Below are positions 8,946-18,693 of a stretch of 64,000 nucleotides of DNA, one piece after another (the first letter of the stretch is position 1; the number at the start of each line of letters is the position of its first letter). The notes below the pieces were generated by a model. That model saw nothing but the letters and a program-made list of their open reading frames with translations. It was not told the DNA's origin and did no database searches. The position numbers and the translations under genes are program-made. Source of the stretch: Candidatus Krumholzibacteriia bacterium. GTDB taxonomy: Bacteria; Krumholzibacteriota; Krumholzibacteriia; JAJRXK01. The stretch is from positions 32,222 through 96,221 of the forward strand of contig JAOZPE010000001.1 of the NCBI GenBank assembly GCA_029932915.1. The letters are read 5' to 3'.

Positions 8946-10496
8946 CTAGCGCAACGCCATCTGCTGGGTGATGTAGCCGGGGAGATGGGGGGACTCCAGC
9001 CCGTAGACGTAACGGTCGAACCACCCGTGGAAGTCGTGGCCGGTCAGGTCCAACAGGGCCGCTTCGAGGGTCTGGCGGGTCAATACGAAGTCGGGATCGC
9101 GCTGTGCTCTGACGGCCAGATCGTACATCAGATCGTCCAGGCTCTCCTGTTGGCGGGTGACGTCGTCGATCTGCTCGTCCAGCCCGGCCGCGACGAAGAG
9201 ACCGCCGCTGTAGGTGTAGCGCGTGGTCTCGCGGTCGATGAGCACCTTCTTGCTGGCCTGGGCGAGACTGATCTTGCCCCGTAGCGGGTGGACCTCGTAC
9301 TCGCGGTGGAAGCGATCGCTCAACACCGAGGCGTAGTCGGGGAAGCTCAGCATGCCCGCCTCCAGACGTGTCTGGTAGGCATAGAACTCGGTGACCCCTT
9401 CGATGAACCAGTTCATGTCGTAGCGGTGCTGGCGGATGAGTTCGCCGCACCAGTTGTGGTAGAACTCGTGGGCGCAGAGCTGGGCCGGTTCCTGCTGCAG
9501 GCGCTTGCGGTCGGTGTTGGTGTCGATGAGCAGGATCATGCTGCCGTCGTAGTGCAGGCCGAAGTAGTGCAGGATCTCGGGGTCGCCCGATTCGGGATGG
9601 GGGCCGACCAGGAAGACGTACTCGTCGCGCAGGGGGCCTCCGAAGATGTCCATCTGGATGCCGGCCAACTGACTGAGGACCGCCAGCAGGTCGCGGTCCT
9701 GGAAGTCGTAGCGCCCGGTGACGGCCACCCGCAGCCGACAGCCACGGACCGTGCGCTCGAGGGTCCGCAGACGCCCCATGCCGACCGCCGAATGGTAGAG
9801 TGACTTGACGTCGGGCACGACCGCCGCCGTGGCGGTGCACTGGAAGGGATGCACCAGTTCCCAGTGGGGCGGCAGGGTGTATTCCACCCGGATATTGCGG
9901 AGGTCGCCGAAGACCGGGATGATGAAGATGTCCGAGCCGACCAACCGCGCGCTCGTCTCGGTGATGTCGCTGAGCATCTGGCGGGAGAAGACCCCGGTGT
10001 CGATTCCCGCCCGCAACCACACTTCATAGCGCAGGTCGATGCCGCCTCCCTTGGCCCGGATCTTCCAGTAGTCGTCCTGGGCCTCCACCGGGGTGTCGTG
10101 GCCGTTGAGATCGCGGGCTTCCCGCAGGCGGAAACGGGCGGACAGGCGGTTCTGGTCGGGAGAGACCACCACGGTGGTCAGGTAGAGGTTGGGTGAACGC
10201 ATGCCTTCGGCGTGCAGCCGTACCTGCAGCACGCCGTTCTTCAGGTCGAGCACCTTCACCTGGTAGGAGAGTTCGTACTGTTCGGTGTCGGGGTCGACGC
10301 GCAGGGCGAAACCGAGCGCCGCGCCGCCGATGACGGCGGCGACGATGCCCACCAGCGCGGCACGCCACAGGGGCGGGCGCTCCCGCACGAAACCCGGGGA
10401 TCCGAGGATCTCCAGACTGCCGGGTCCTGTATGCTTCCCGAAGATGGTGTGTGCTACCCCGACGTGTCCCCCAGAAGACCTTTCGGAGAACTGCAC
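8946..10496 (-). CDS. Membrane-anchored zinc metallopeptidase (HEFYHNW motif, M61/M1-like)
   Basis: It has an N-terminal TM helix (LWRAALVGIVAAVIGGAALGF) and an HExxH-type motif (LCAHEFYHNWCGE) resembling the M61 glycyl aminopeptidase HE[YF]FH.W motif. The start is uncertain. Confidence 0.5.
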   Translation of the reverse strand: MQFSERSSGGHVGVAHTIFGKHTGPGSLEILGSPGFVRERPPLWRAALVGIVAAVIGGAALGFALRVDPDTEQYELSYQVKVLDLKNGVLQVRLHAEGMRSPNLYLTTVVVSPDQNRLSARFRLREARDLNGHDTPVEAQDDYWKIRAKGGGIDLRYEVWLRAGIDTGVFSRQMLSDITETSARLVGSDIFIIPVFGDLRNIRVEYTLPPHWELVHPFQCTATAAVVPDVKSLYHSAVGMGRLRTLERTVRGCRLRVAVTGRYDFQDRDLLAVLSQLAGIQMDIFGGPLRDEYVFLVGPHPESGDPEILHYFGLHYDGSMILLIDTNTDRKRLQQEPAQLCAHEFYHNWCGELIRQHRYDMNWFIEGVTEFYAYQTRLEAGMLSFPDYASVLSDRFHREYEVHPLRGKISLAQASKKVLIDRETTRYTYSGGLFVAAGLDEQIDDVTRQQESLDDLMYDLAVRAQRDPDFVLTRQTLEAALLDLTGHDFHGWFDRYVYGLESPHLPGYITQQMALR

Positions 10497-10514
10497 GCAA
10501 CGTGCCAGGAAGAT

Positions 10515-11357
10515 TCAGAAGTCGAAGTGAAGCACGGGGATTCCCGGATCATCGATGGAAGGAGGAGGCAGCCAGCTCAAGCGCGCCTGCCTTGCCGCAT
10601 CGTCCCCGCTGCCGTCTCCTCCGTCGCCCTCCATGGCTTGTCCCACCGCCGAGGACACGAAGAAGCCGATGGTCCAGCCGAGCAGGACATCCGACGGGAA
10701 GTGCTTGTTGCCCTGCAGGCGGCTCAGACCAGCGAAGACGGCCGCTGTATAGGCGGGCACTCCGATCCACCACCCGAAGCGCATCTGCAGCATCCGGGCC
10801 GAGGCCATGGTCGCGCTGGCGTGGCCGGAGGGAAGGTTCTTGTCGTTGCTGCCGTCGGGTCGTTCCCTCTGCGCGGTGATCTTGATCAACTCGGTGATGC
10901 CGGCGGTGATGAGGTTCGCTTCGGCGTAGAGCACACCGGTGTCCCGCACGTGATGGTTCCCGACGAGCTGTCCTCCTCCGGCCAGCGCGATGCTCACCGC
11001 CGTCACCCACTTGCGGTGTCCGAGCTCACGGCCCAGATCGACCGCGCCGTCGCCCAGGGGCTGTTCATCCCGGAACCATTCGGTGATCTCCCCATCCCAA
11101 GGGGAGATGAGCAGGGCGGCCGCGGCGCCGCCGGCCGCCATCAGGAGCAGATCCCGATCGCCGGCGTGATGCCAGACGCGGGCCAGGTGCCGGGGGGTGA
11201 AGGGGTAGGGGGGCGATGCAACGGGCCCGGGTGGCTCGGCCTGTGCACCATGCGCCGGCAGCGGCAGCAGGGCCACCAGCAGGAGAGGGACGATCAGCAG
11301 GAGGCCGGCCGGGATCCAGGGTCGAGGGGCGGTCGGTGGTTGGGTGGAGAGGTCCAT
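10515..11357 (-). CDS. PAP2-family (acid phosphatase/phosphatidic-acid phosphatase) membrane protein
   Basis: All three PAP2 motifs are present (KITAQRERP, PSGHAS, SRLQGNKHFPSDVLLGW). It has a signal peptide after Met144 of the track ORF (MDLSTQPP..LLLVALLPLPAHGA). The 10515..11786 track ORF is longer at its 5' end. Confidence 0.8.
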   Translation of the reverse strand: MDLSTQPPTAPRPWIPAGLLLIVPLLLVALLPLPAHGAQAEPPGPVASPPYPFTPRHLARVWHHAGDRDLLLMAAGGAAAALLISPWDGEITEWFRDEQPLGDGAVDLGRELGHRKWVTAVSIALAGGGQLVGNHHVRDTGVLYAEANLITAGITELIKITAQRERPDGSNDKNLPSGHASATMASARMLQMRFGWWIGVPAYTAAVFAGLSRLQGNKHFPSDVLLGWTIGFFVSSAVGQAMEGDGGDGSGDDAARQARLSWLPPPSIDDPGIPVLHFDF

Positions 11358-11616
11358 GGATGGTCCAGCTCGAGGGGGGCTCGATCGGCAGCATCGGTCA
11401 ATGTGCACCCAAAAGCAAGGAGCGGCGCGGCCCTTGAAATGTACCTTCGCGTCCACTACCCTGCAGTGGTCGTCGGCACACGGAAGCCGTGTTCCAGGCG
11501 GATTCCGGCGTTCTCGGGGGCAAGGACCGCTCGCGGCACCGTCGGCACCCAGCTTTCCACGGTCGAAGTGCTTGCGGTGGGGCGCTTTCTCTAGAGATCC
11601 ACGACGGGAGGATCCG

Positions 11617-11958
11617 GTGAAGATCAAGCAACGCGAAGTGGGCGACATCGTCGTCCTCGAGCTGTCCGGCAAGATCATGGGCGGCGACGATTTCGATCTC
11701 TTCAACAATACGATCAAGCAGTTGATCGCCGAGGGGAAGATCGACATCGTGCTGAACATGTCCAGGGTCAGGTGGATCAACAGCACCGGTCTGGGCTTGA
11801 TGGTCTCGGCCTATACCACCCTGGTCAAGAACGGCGGGCGCATGAAGATCTGCGAGATGAGCGACCGCGTCGACAACATCCTGCACGTCACCCAGTTGGG
11901 CCTGGTCTTCGAGCATTATGACAAGGAAGAGGACGCTCTGGCCTCCTTCCAGGACTGA
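11617..11958 (+). CDS. STAS-domain anti-sigma-factor antagonist (SpoIIAA-like)
   Basis: VKIKQREVGDIVVLELSGKI...INSTGLGLMVSAY is a typical STAS fold with the conserved Ser/Thr in NSTGLG. It has a GTG start with a GGAG RBS 7 nt upstream. Confidence 0.8.
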   Translation: MKIKQREVGDIVVLELSGKIMGGDDFDLFNNTIKQLIAEGKIDIVLNMSRVRWINSTGLGLMVSAYTTLVKNGGRMKICEMSDRVDNILHVTQLGLVFEHYDKEEDALASFQD

Positions 11959-12140
11959 CGGGACCCCCCGGAGGGCCGGGAGCGGATCTGTACGCGAAAT
12001 CATGGGAAAGGACGGGGAATGACGGGAAACCGCCCCCGTCCTTCTTGTATGGGTCGGCCTGTTCCTTGCGTATGGACCAGGGGATTCCGGAGGAAGCCCG
12101 ATCGCAGGGGCACCACCGGACAGTCAAGGAGAGGCCGATC

Positions 12141-12758
12141 ATGCCCGATCGTCAGCCCGATGGTGTCAACCACAAGCCCTTGCTCGACAATGAGCAGGCC
12201 GTCGCCAGCGTGGTGGACACCCTCAAGGCCAACGAGCCCGTGTGCGAGGAAGACCCCGTCCGTGCCCTGGCCGAGATGCAGGAATTCCTCGAGGCCCGTG
12301 GGCCCCATCCACAGCTTCTGAGCCGCATCGCCGTGCTCCAGCAGCGGCTGGGTCGGCCCGAGGCCCTGGAGACGGCCCGTGAGGCCGGCCGCCTGGCCAT
12401 CAGCCTGGGCAACACCGCCGCGGTGGCCGAGCTGCTCGCTCCATTCGGCGAGCAGTGGGACGCCCTGGGTTGGGACCAGGAGCACTGGCTCAAACTGGCC
12501 TCGTCCCAGCGCTCGTTGGGGTACCTGGAGATGGCCCAGCGGATCTACCGCCATGTGCTGGCCGACGATCCGGGCTCACTGGGTGCGATCAAGGGCCTCC
12601 TGCAGATCGCCGACAGCTACCTGCGCCAGAAGGAGACCCGCGAGCGGGCCAACGAGGTGTACGACATCCTCGACGAGCTGGCCCCGGATCATCCCTTCCA
12701 GGACTACGTGGAGATGGGACGCGAGAAGGCGGCTCGCCCGGCCGAAGCCGTGCGCTGA
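12141..12758 (+). CDS. Hypothetical alpha-helical (TPR-like) protein
   Basis: The ORF is in coding-typical GC3 frame. An AGGAG RBS precedes ATG 12141. I recognise no motif. Confidence 0.45.
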   Translation: MPDRQPDGVNHKPLLDNEQAVASVVDTLKANEPVCEEDPVRALAEMQEFLEARGPHPQLLSRIAVLQQRLGRPEALETAREAGRLAISLGNTAAVAELLAPFGEQWDALGWDQEHWLKLASSQRSLGYLEMAQRIYRHVLADDPGSLGAIKGLLQIADSYLRQKETRERANEVYDILDELAPDHPFQDYVEMGREKAARPAEAVR

Positions 12759-12851
12759 GGCCGCGCCCGTCCCCACCACCGGCCGAAGCCGTGCGCCGAG
12801 GCCGCACCCGTCGCCACCACCGGCCGCGGATCCGGCTGCGGGGGGTCTCCC

Positions 12852-13613
12852 TCAGTCCGCTTCCCCCTGCTCGGCGATCCACAGCTTCACGTCCCGCAGG
12901 AAGCGTCCCAGGACGGTGAGGCTCGCCCACAGGAAGCCGGGGAAACCGTCGCGGAATCCACCCCGGGCCACATAGAAACGCCAGAAGGTGGCCGGAGGGC
13001 TGCCCAGCAGATGTCCCAGCCGGAAGGGCCGCGGCCGGTCGGCGATCTCCAGACTGGTGTAGAGGTCCATCTTGCGCACGTAGGCGTCCACCCCTCCGAA
13101 GGTGTAGTGGTCGAGTGCCTCCTCCAGGCGTCCCACCGGCAGGCGGGGCGGAAGCACCACTCCTTCGTGGACCCGGCTGTCGGTGTAGTGGGCCCCCTCG
13201 CGCCGGAACAGCCTCAGAGGATAGTCCCGATCCAGCCCCATCGAGCGCATCTCGTGGCCCAGGATGAAGTTGCGCCGCCGCACCCGGTAGCCTCCCATGC
13301 CCACCAGTTGCTGGTTGGCCACCAGGTGTTCCCACTTGGCCGCCAGCTCCGTCGAGACCCGCTCGTCGGCGTCCAGGGCCAGGACCCAGTCGCCTTCGGC
13401 CAGTTCCAGGACCCGTTGCTTGGCATGGCCGAAGTCGTCGAAGACCCCCTCGAAGAGCCGCACCTTCGGGTGGGCCGAGGCGATCGAGAGCGTGGCGTCC
13501 CGGCTTCCGGTGTCCAGGACGACGATCTCGTCGGCCATCTCCTCCACGCTGGCCAGCGCCCCGGGGAGCTTGTCCTCCTCGTCGCGGACGATCATGGTGA
13601 CGCTCAAACGCAT
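12852..13613 (-). CDS. Family 2 glycosyltransferase
   Basis: The N-terminus is GT-A fold (MRLSVTMIVRDEEDKLPGALASVEEMADEIVVLDTGSRDAT) with a DxD-like ALDADE. Confidence 0.75.
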   Translation of the reverse strand: MRLSVTMIVRDEEDKLPGALASVEEMADEIVVLDTGSRDATLSIASAHPKVRLFEGVFDDFGHAKQRVLELAEGDWVLALDADERVSTELAAKWEHLVANQQLVGMGGYRVRRRNFILGHEMRSMGLDRDYPLRLFRREGAHYTDSRVHEGVVLPPRLPVGRLEEALDHYTFGGVDAYVRKMDLYTSLEIADRPRPFRLGHLLGSPPATFWRFYVARGGFRDGFPGFLWASLTVLGRFLRDVKLWIAEQGEAD

Positions 13614-13773
13614 GGATTCTCCCCCGATGCCGGTCGGCCGATGGGCTCAGGCTTGCCCCCGGCCCCTGTCGGTACTTCCTTGGGGCTCTGCCGCAGGACA
13701 GTATCGGCGCCGCCGGGGCCGGGCGTCAACGCCGCGACCCCCGGATGCGGTCTTTTCACAGGAGCAGGACAGG

Positions 13774-15003
13774 ATGGGCATCACGCAACGACAAGTGGAA
13801 GAAGCGCTGAAGACGGTGAAGTATCCGGGCTTCAGCCGGGACATCGTCTCCTTCGGACTGGTTCGGGAGATCCGCGTCGAAGGGGGCAAGGTGCACGTAC
13901 TCGTCGAACACCGGATCGACGACGCGGCCACCCTGGAGACCTTCCAGCAGGAGGCCCAACGGGCTCTCGATGGGATCGAAGGGGTCGAGGAGGCCCATAT
14001 CGAGTGGCGGGGCAAGGCTGCCTCCGAAGGGAAGGGCGATGAGAAGGGCACCCCGGCCGGGAAGCCCGAGGTATCGACCGCTTCCGCCGGCGCGTCGGCG
14101 AAGACCGCGACCAAGGGCGGCTACGTGGCCGCTCCCTCGCTCTCCACGCCTTCGCCGGATCCATGGGCCGATCAGGCGCCCCTGCCCGGGGTCAAGGCGG
14201 TCATCGCCGTGGCCAGTGCCAAGGGAGGAGTCGGCAAGTCCACGGTGGCCACCAACCTGGCCCTGGCCCTGTCGGCCAAGGGCAAGAAGGTCGGTCTGCT
14301 CGACGCGGACATCTACGGTCCGAGTCTTCCCACCATGATGGGAGTGAACGAGCGGCCGGAGGTGCAGGACGGCAACAAGATCCTTCCGGTGATGAAGGAG
14401 GGCATCGCGTGCATGTCCATCGGTTTCCTGGTGCCCCAGGACAAGGCCATGATCTGGCGCGGTCCGATGGTCATGGGGGCGATCAACCAGTTCCTGGACG
14501 ACGTGCGATGGAACGGCCTGGACGTGCTCATCGTCGATCTGCCCCCGGGAACCGGTGACGCCCAGTTGTCGCTGGCCCAGAAGGTTCCCCTGACCGGGGT
14601 GATCATGGTCACCACACCCCAGGACGTCGCGGTGATCGATGTCGTCCGCGGCATCCAGATGTTCGAGGAGACCAAGGTGCCCATCGTGGGCATCATCGAG
14701 AACATGAGTGTCTTCGTCTGCCCCCACTGTGGGCACGAGGAACACATCTTCGGCGAGGGCGGGGGCAAGCGGACCGCCGAGCGTTTCGGTGTGCCCTACC
14801 TGGGCGGTATCCCCCTGGAGCCCGCGGTGGTGGCCACCGGGGACGAAGGCCGCCCGGTGGTGGTGGCCCGGCCCGACAGCGCGTCGGCCAAAGCATTCCT
14901 GGCCGTGGCCGAGCAGGTGGAGCAGTATCTGCAGACCCCGCACGGGGGCCATCACCACGGACATGGACATGGCGGGCACAGCCATGCCGGTCACGGTCAC
15001 TGA
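13774..15003 (+). CDS. apbC: Fe-S cluster carrier ATPase Mrp/ApbC with N-terminal MIP18/DUF59 domain and C-terminal His/Gly-rich tail
   Basis: A DUF59-like N-terminus (EALKTVKYPGFSRDIVSFGLV) is followed by a deviant Walker A (SAKGGVGKST) and the CPHC cluster-ligand motif. The tail is PHGGHHHGHGHGGHSHAGHGH. Confidence 0.85.
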   Translation: MGITQRQVEEALKTVKYPGFSRDIVSFGLVREIRVEGGKVHVLVEHRIDDAATLETFQQEAQRALDGIEGVEEAHIEWRGKAASEGKGDEKGTPAGKPEVSTASAGASAKTATKGGYVAAPSLSTPSPDPWADQAPLPGVKAVIAVASAKGGVGKSTVATNLALALSAKGKKVGLLDADIYGPSLPTMMGVNERPEVQDGNKILPVMKEGIACMSIGFLVPQDKAMIWRGPMVMGAINQFLDDVRWNGLDVLIVDLPPGTGDAQLSLAQKVPLTGVIMVTTPQDVAVIDVVRGIQMFEETKVPIVGIIENMSVFVCPHCGHEEHIFGEGGGKRTAERFGVPYLGGIPLEPAVVATGDEGRPVVVARPDSASAKAFLAVAEQVEQYLQTPHGGHHHGHGHGGHSHAGHGH

Positions 15004-15089
15004 GACCGTTCCACCGGCGACCGATGAACACAGCGGCGTGACCATGGGGGCCACGCCGCCCGATCTTCCCCATCCGCTCGGCAGCGACG

Positions 15090-15548
15090 ATGAAACTGAT
15101 CGAGTACACCAGCGAGGAACTCTGTCTGGCCGGCCTGCGCGTGCCGGACAAGGAGAGCTGTCTCGATCGCATGTGCGCGCGGCTGGAGGAAGCCGGTCGC
15201 CTGAAGGAGCGGTCTGCGCTCCATCGGGCTCTTTTGGAGCGTGAGAAGGTGGAATCGACGGGCATCGGAGGCGGGATCGCCCTTCCCCATGCCCGCTGTG
15301 AGGACTTCGACGGCCACGCGGTGGCCATCGCCCATCTGGCCGAGCCCATCGACTACGGCGCTCCCGATGGGAGGCCGGTCGACCTGGTCTTCCTGTTGGC
15401 CGGATCCAGCCGCCGTCCCGGGCAGCAGCTTCGGGTCCTGGCCCGGATCTCCACCCTGGTGAGGATCGACTCCTTCCTGGCCGAGCTGCGGGCGGCGTCC
15501 ACCCCGGAGGCGATGTGCCGGGCCCTGCGGAAGGCCGAGGGGCTCTAG
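15090..15548 (+). CDS. ptsN: PTS EIIA(Ntr)-type regulatory protein (PtsN paralog 1)
   Basis: The EIIA type-2 active-site motif is present (ESTGIGGGIALPHAR). Confidence 0.7.
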   Translation: MKLIEYTSEELCLAGLRVPDKESCLDRMCARLEEAGRLKERSALHRALLEREKVESTGIGGGIALPHARCEDFDGHAVAIAHLAEPIDYGAPDGRPVDLVFLLAGSSRRPGQQLRVLARISTLVRIDSFLAELRAASTPEAMCRALRKAEGL

Positions 15549-15845
15549 GGCCCCGAGGGCGCAAGGAGATTCTCCGCCACTTGCTGCAGGTCGGGGGCAC
15601 TCCGGTGTTCCGGCCGGGTTGGGGTCCGTTCCCGGCGGCCGTCCTTTCCCCTTCCCCCCGGCGGGGCCATTTGCTAGTGTGGATTTCCTTTCCCATCCCG
15701 CGGATCGGTTTCGGCCTGCATTTCCGGTGGAGTCCTTGCCTCGAGGACGGCCGCCGGGGTGAGGTCGCTCTCCCGGAATTCCATCGGCGGCCTCCCTCCA
15801 TGGGCCGCCAGCCAAGGAGCTGGACCCTTGCGACGCACTTTCGGA

Positions 15846-18680
15846 ATGGTCACCACGACGACTGCTTCGACTCTTTCGATCCTTCTCTTCCTTCTTGTGC
15901 TGAGCCCCAACCTCGCGTCGGCCCAACCGACGGTGACCGATGTGCAGACCCCCGATCTGCTCTCGGTGCTGATCACCTTCTCCGAGGCGATCGATCCGAC
16001 GACGGGCAACACGGTTGCCAACTACCTCATCTACGAAAAGGATGACATCGGCAATCGTCCGCCCATCTCCTCGGCGGTCACTTCCGGCTCGCAGGTGACG
16101 CTCGCCCTGGATGCCGCGCTCACCGACGGCATGGTCTATTCGCTGCGTGTGCAGGGTGTGGAGAACACCTCGGGCGAGGTGATGGAGACGCAGATCGTCG
16201 ACTTCACCGCGTCGGGCCCGGACATCACGCCACCGGAGGTCACCGGGGCCTCGGCCGTCGACGACCAGACGGTGCGGATCGACTTCAACGAGGCCATCGA
16301 TGCGGGCAGCGCCGCCGACCCCGGTTCCTATCTGTTGTATCCCACCGCGCAGCCGGGCAGTCCCTTGACCATCACCGCCATCGGCACGGCCACCTCCAGC
16401 GTGACCCTCACCCTCGGTTCCTCCCTGAGCGACGGTGTCGAGTACACGGTGGAGGTCAGTGACGTCGAGGACCTCGCAGGCAACGCCATCGAGGACAACA
16501 ACACCGCCACCTTCACCTACACCGCCTCGTCTGCCGCCACCCCCATCGCCGACATCCAGGCCGATCCGGATTCGTGGGAAGGTCAGGTGGTGACCGTCGA
16601 GGGTGTGGTCTACATCCCCAGTGATTACCGGGGGACGGTCGTCAGCGGCTTCATCCAGGACGAGTCGGGCCGCGGCATCAACCTCTTCGGAACGGGGATG
16701 GATGTGGCGGCCCTGCAGACCGTGGGCAACCGGGTGCGGGTCACCGGCACGGTCACCTCGTACTTCACCACGGTGGAGATCCAGGACCCCACCGAGGTCA
16801 CCCTCATCAGCAGCGGCAATCCCCGTCCCACGCCGGTGCAGTTGGGAACGGGAGCGGCAGCGTCTACCCAGTGGGAAGGCACTTTCATTGAAGTGAGCGG
16901 GTCCATTCAGAGTCAGGTGGTTGCCAATGGTGCCGTCAACTACACCGTCAATGATGGGAGCGGTCCGATCATTGTGCGGGTGGTCGACACCCTGGGCGCG
17001 CCGAGCTTCTCCAACGGCACCACCATCACCGCCCGGGGAGCGGGCGCTCAGTACCAGAGCGACTACCAGGTGCTGGTGGGCCTGGCCAGCGATGTCTTCG
17101 AGGGCAACGGAGGGGACACGACGCCACCGCAGGTGATCAGCGCGAGTGGCTCGAACGAGACCTCGATCGTGGTGAATTTCAACGAGGCGCTCGATCCCAC
17201 CACCGCCCAGGTCTCGGCCAACTACGAGGTATATGAGAGTTCAGCCCCGTCGAACACCCTCACGGTGACTGCCGCTTCGCTGACGGGCAGCCGGGTCACC
17301 CTCACCCTGGCCTCGGCCATGAACGAGGGCACCTCCTACACGGTGACGGTTTCCAATGTCGAGGACCTCGCTGGCAATGTCATCGCCGGGAACAACACCG
17401 CGACCTTCACCTATACCCCATCCTCGGGGGCCACACCCATCGCCGACATCCAGGCCGATCCAGAGGCTTACGAGGGTCAAGAGGTCACCGTCGAAGGCGT
17501 GGTCTACATTCCGACGAACTACCGGGGAACGACCACCAGCGGCTTCATCCAGGATGAGTCCGGCCGCGGGATCAACCTCTTCGGCCGGGGCATGGACGTC
17601 CCTGCCCTGACGACGGTGGGCAACCGGGTGCGGGTGACCGGAACCATCGACATCTATTTCACCACGGTGGAGCTCACCAGCCCCACCGAGGTCACGCTCA
17701 TCAGCAGCGGCACGCGGATCCCGCCCACCCAGTTGAGCACCGGGGCGGCGGCGAACCACCAGTGGGAGGGCACCTTCATCGAGGTCTCCGGACCCATCCA
17801 GAGCCAGGCCGTCGCCGGCACCGCCATCAACTACACGGTGGACGACGGAAGCGGCCCGATCATCGTGCGGGTGGTGGACACCCTGGGTGCGCCGAGCTTC
17901 GACAACGGGACCACCATCACCGCTCGGGGAGCGGGTGGCCAGTACCAGAGTGACTTCCAGGTGCTGGTGGGCCTGGTCAGCGACATCTTCGAGGGCACCG
18001 GCGGCGACCTCACGCCGCCGCGGATCGAACGGGCCAGCCTGGAGACCGCGACCACGGTGATCATCGACTTCAGTGAGGGAGTCGAAGCCACTTCGGCCAC
18101 CACCGCCGACAACTACGAGGTGTTCCGGACCAACAGTCCCGGCGAGACGGCCGGGGTCACCGGCGTGGAGTTCGTCTCGGGCAGCAACAACCGCGTCCGT
18201 CTGCAGCTCGACCGCAGCGTGAGTCTGGACGAAGGCTGGTCGGTGCGGGTGCGCAACGTGGCCGATCTCAACGGCAACGCCATTTCGCCGAGCGGGGTGA
18301 CGGCGCGGCTCGAGGCCCTTCTCAAGGAAGAGATCGACCTGGAGGGACCGCCCTTCACCTTCCTGCCTCGCGACGGGGAACGCTATCCGTTGACCATCAA
18401 TCTCACCTCGGAGCTGGTTGACCACAACGCCGAGGTGGTCCTGAGGATCTTCAACATGAACGGGGCCCTGGTACGGACGCTCTATGACAGCCGGGTGGCT
18501 CCATTGAGTTCCGTCTTCAGGGACAACCGGGCGACCATCGAATGGGACGGTACCGATGACTACAAGGAATGGGTGCCGGCCGGAGCATACGTGGCGCACC
18601 TGCAGGTGCGCGAGGCTGGAGGTAGCGGTTCCAATGAGGTCCATATTCCCGTGGTCGTGGCCACGCGCCTGGATCGATAG
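15846..18680 (+). CDS. Large secreted surface protein: triplicated bacterial Ig-like (SbsA/Big_5-type) plus OB-fold module, with a C-terminal T9SS/FlgD-Ig-like sorting domain
   Basis: It has a signal peptide (MVTTTTASTLSILLFLLVLSPNLASA); the track ORF starts at 15759. A ~298-aa module is repeated, each copy containing TPPxV...NYxVY Ig-like domains and an OB-fold (WEGQVVTVEGVVYIP..GFIQDESGRGINLFG..VGNRVRVTG). The C-terminal ~80 aa (LRIFNMNGALVRTLYD...IEWDGTDD...GAYVAHLQV) fit the Por_Secre_tail/FlgD_ig pattern. Confidence 0.8.
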   Translation: MVTTTTASTLSILLFLLVLSPNLASAQPTVTDVQTPDLLSVLITFSEAIDPTTGNTVANYLIYEKDDIGNRPPISSAVTSGSQVTLALDAALTDGMVYSLRVQGVENTSGEVMETQIVDFTASGPDITPPEVTGASAVDDQTVRIDFNEAIDAGSAADPGSYLLYPTAQPGSPLTITAIGTATSSVTLTLGSSLSDGVEYTVEVSDVEDLAGNAIEDNNTATFTYTASSAATPIADIQADPDSWEGQVVTVEGVVYIPSDYRGTVVSGFIQDESGRGINLFGTGMDVAALQTVGNRVRVTGTVTSYFTTVEIQDPTEVTLISSGNPRPTPVQLGTGAAASTQWEGTFIEVSGSIQSQVVANGAVNYTVNDGSGPIIVRVVDTLGAPSFSNGTTITARGAGAQYQSDYQVLVGLASDVFEGNGGDTTPPQVISASGSNETSIVVNFNEALDPTTAQVSANYEVYESSAPSNTLTVTAASLTGSRVTLTLASAMNEGTSYTVTVSNVEDLAGNVIAGNNTATFTYTPSSGATPIADIQADPEAYEGQEVTVEGVVYIPTNYRGTTTSGFIQDESGRGINLFGRGMDVPALTTVGNRVRVTGTIDIYFTTVELTSPTEVTLISSGTRIPPTQLSTGAAANHQWEGTFIEVSGPIQSQAVAGTAINYTVDDGSGPIIVRVVDTLGAPSFDNGTTITARGAGGQYQSDFQVLVGLVSDIFEGTGGDLTPPRIERASLETATTVIIDFSEGVEATSATTADNYEVFRTNSPGETAGVTGVEFVSGSNNRVRLQLDRSVSLDEGWSVRVRNVADLNGNAISPSGVTARLEALLKEEIDLEGPPFTFLPRDGERYPLTINLTSELVDHNAEVVLRIFNMNGALVRTLYDSRVAPLSSVFRDNRATIEWDGTDDYKEWVPAGAYVAHLQVREAGGSGSNEVHIPVVVATRLDR
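16227..18011 (+). repeat. Intragenic tandem duplication: two ~891-894-bp units plus a partial third, encoding the Ig-Ig-OB module
   Basis: Near-identical DNA stretches recur, for example cccatcgccgacatccaggccgatcc at ~16540 and ~17440, and ggcttcatccaggacgagtc at ~16650 and ~17545. Protein units start at TPPEVTG (16227), TPPQVIS (17121) and TPPRIER (18012). Confidence 0.85.
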
Positions 18681-18693
18681 GAGCAGAAGACCA

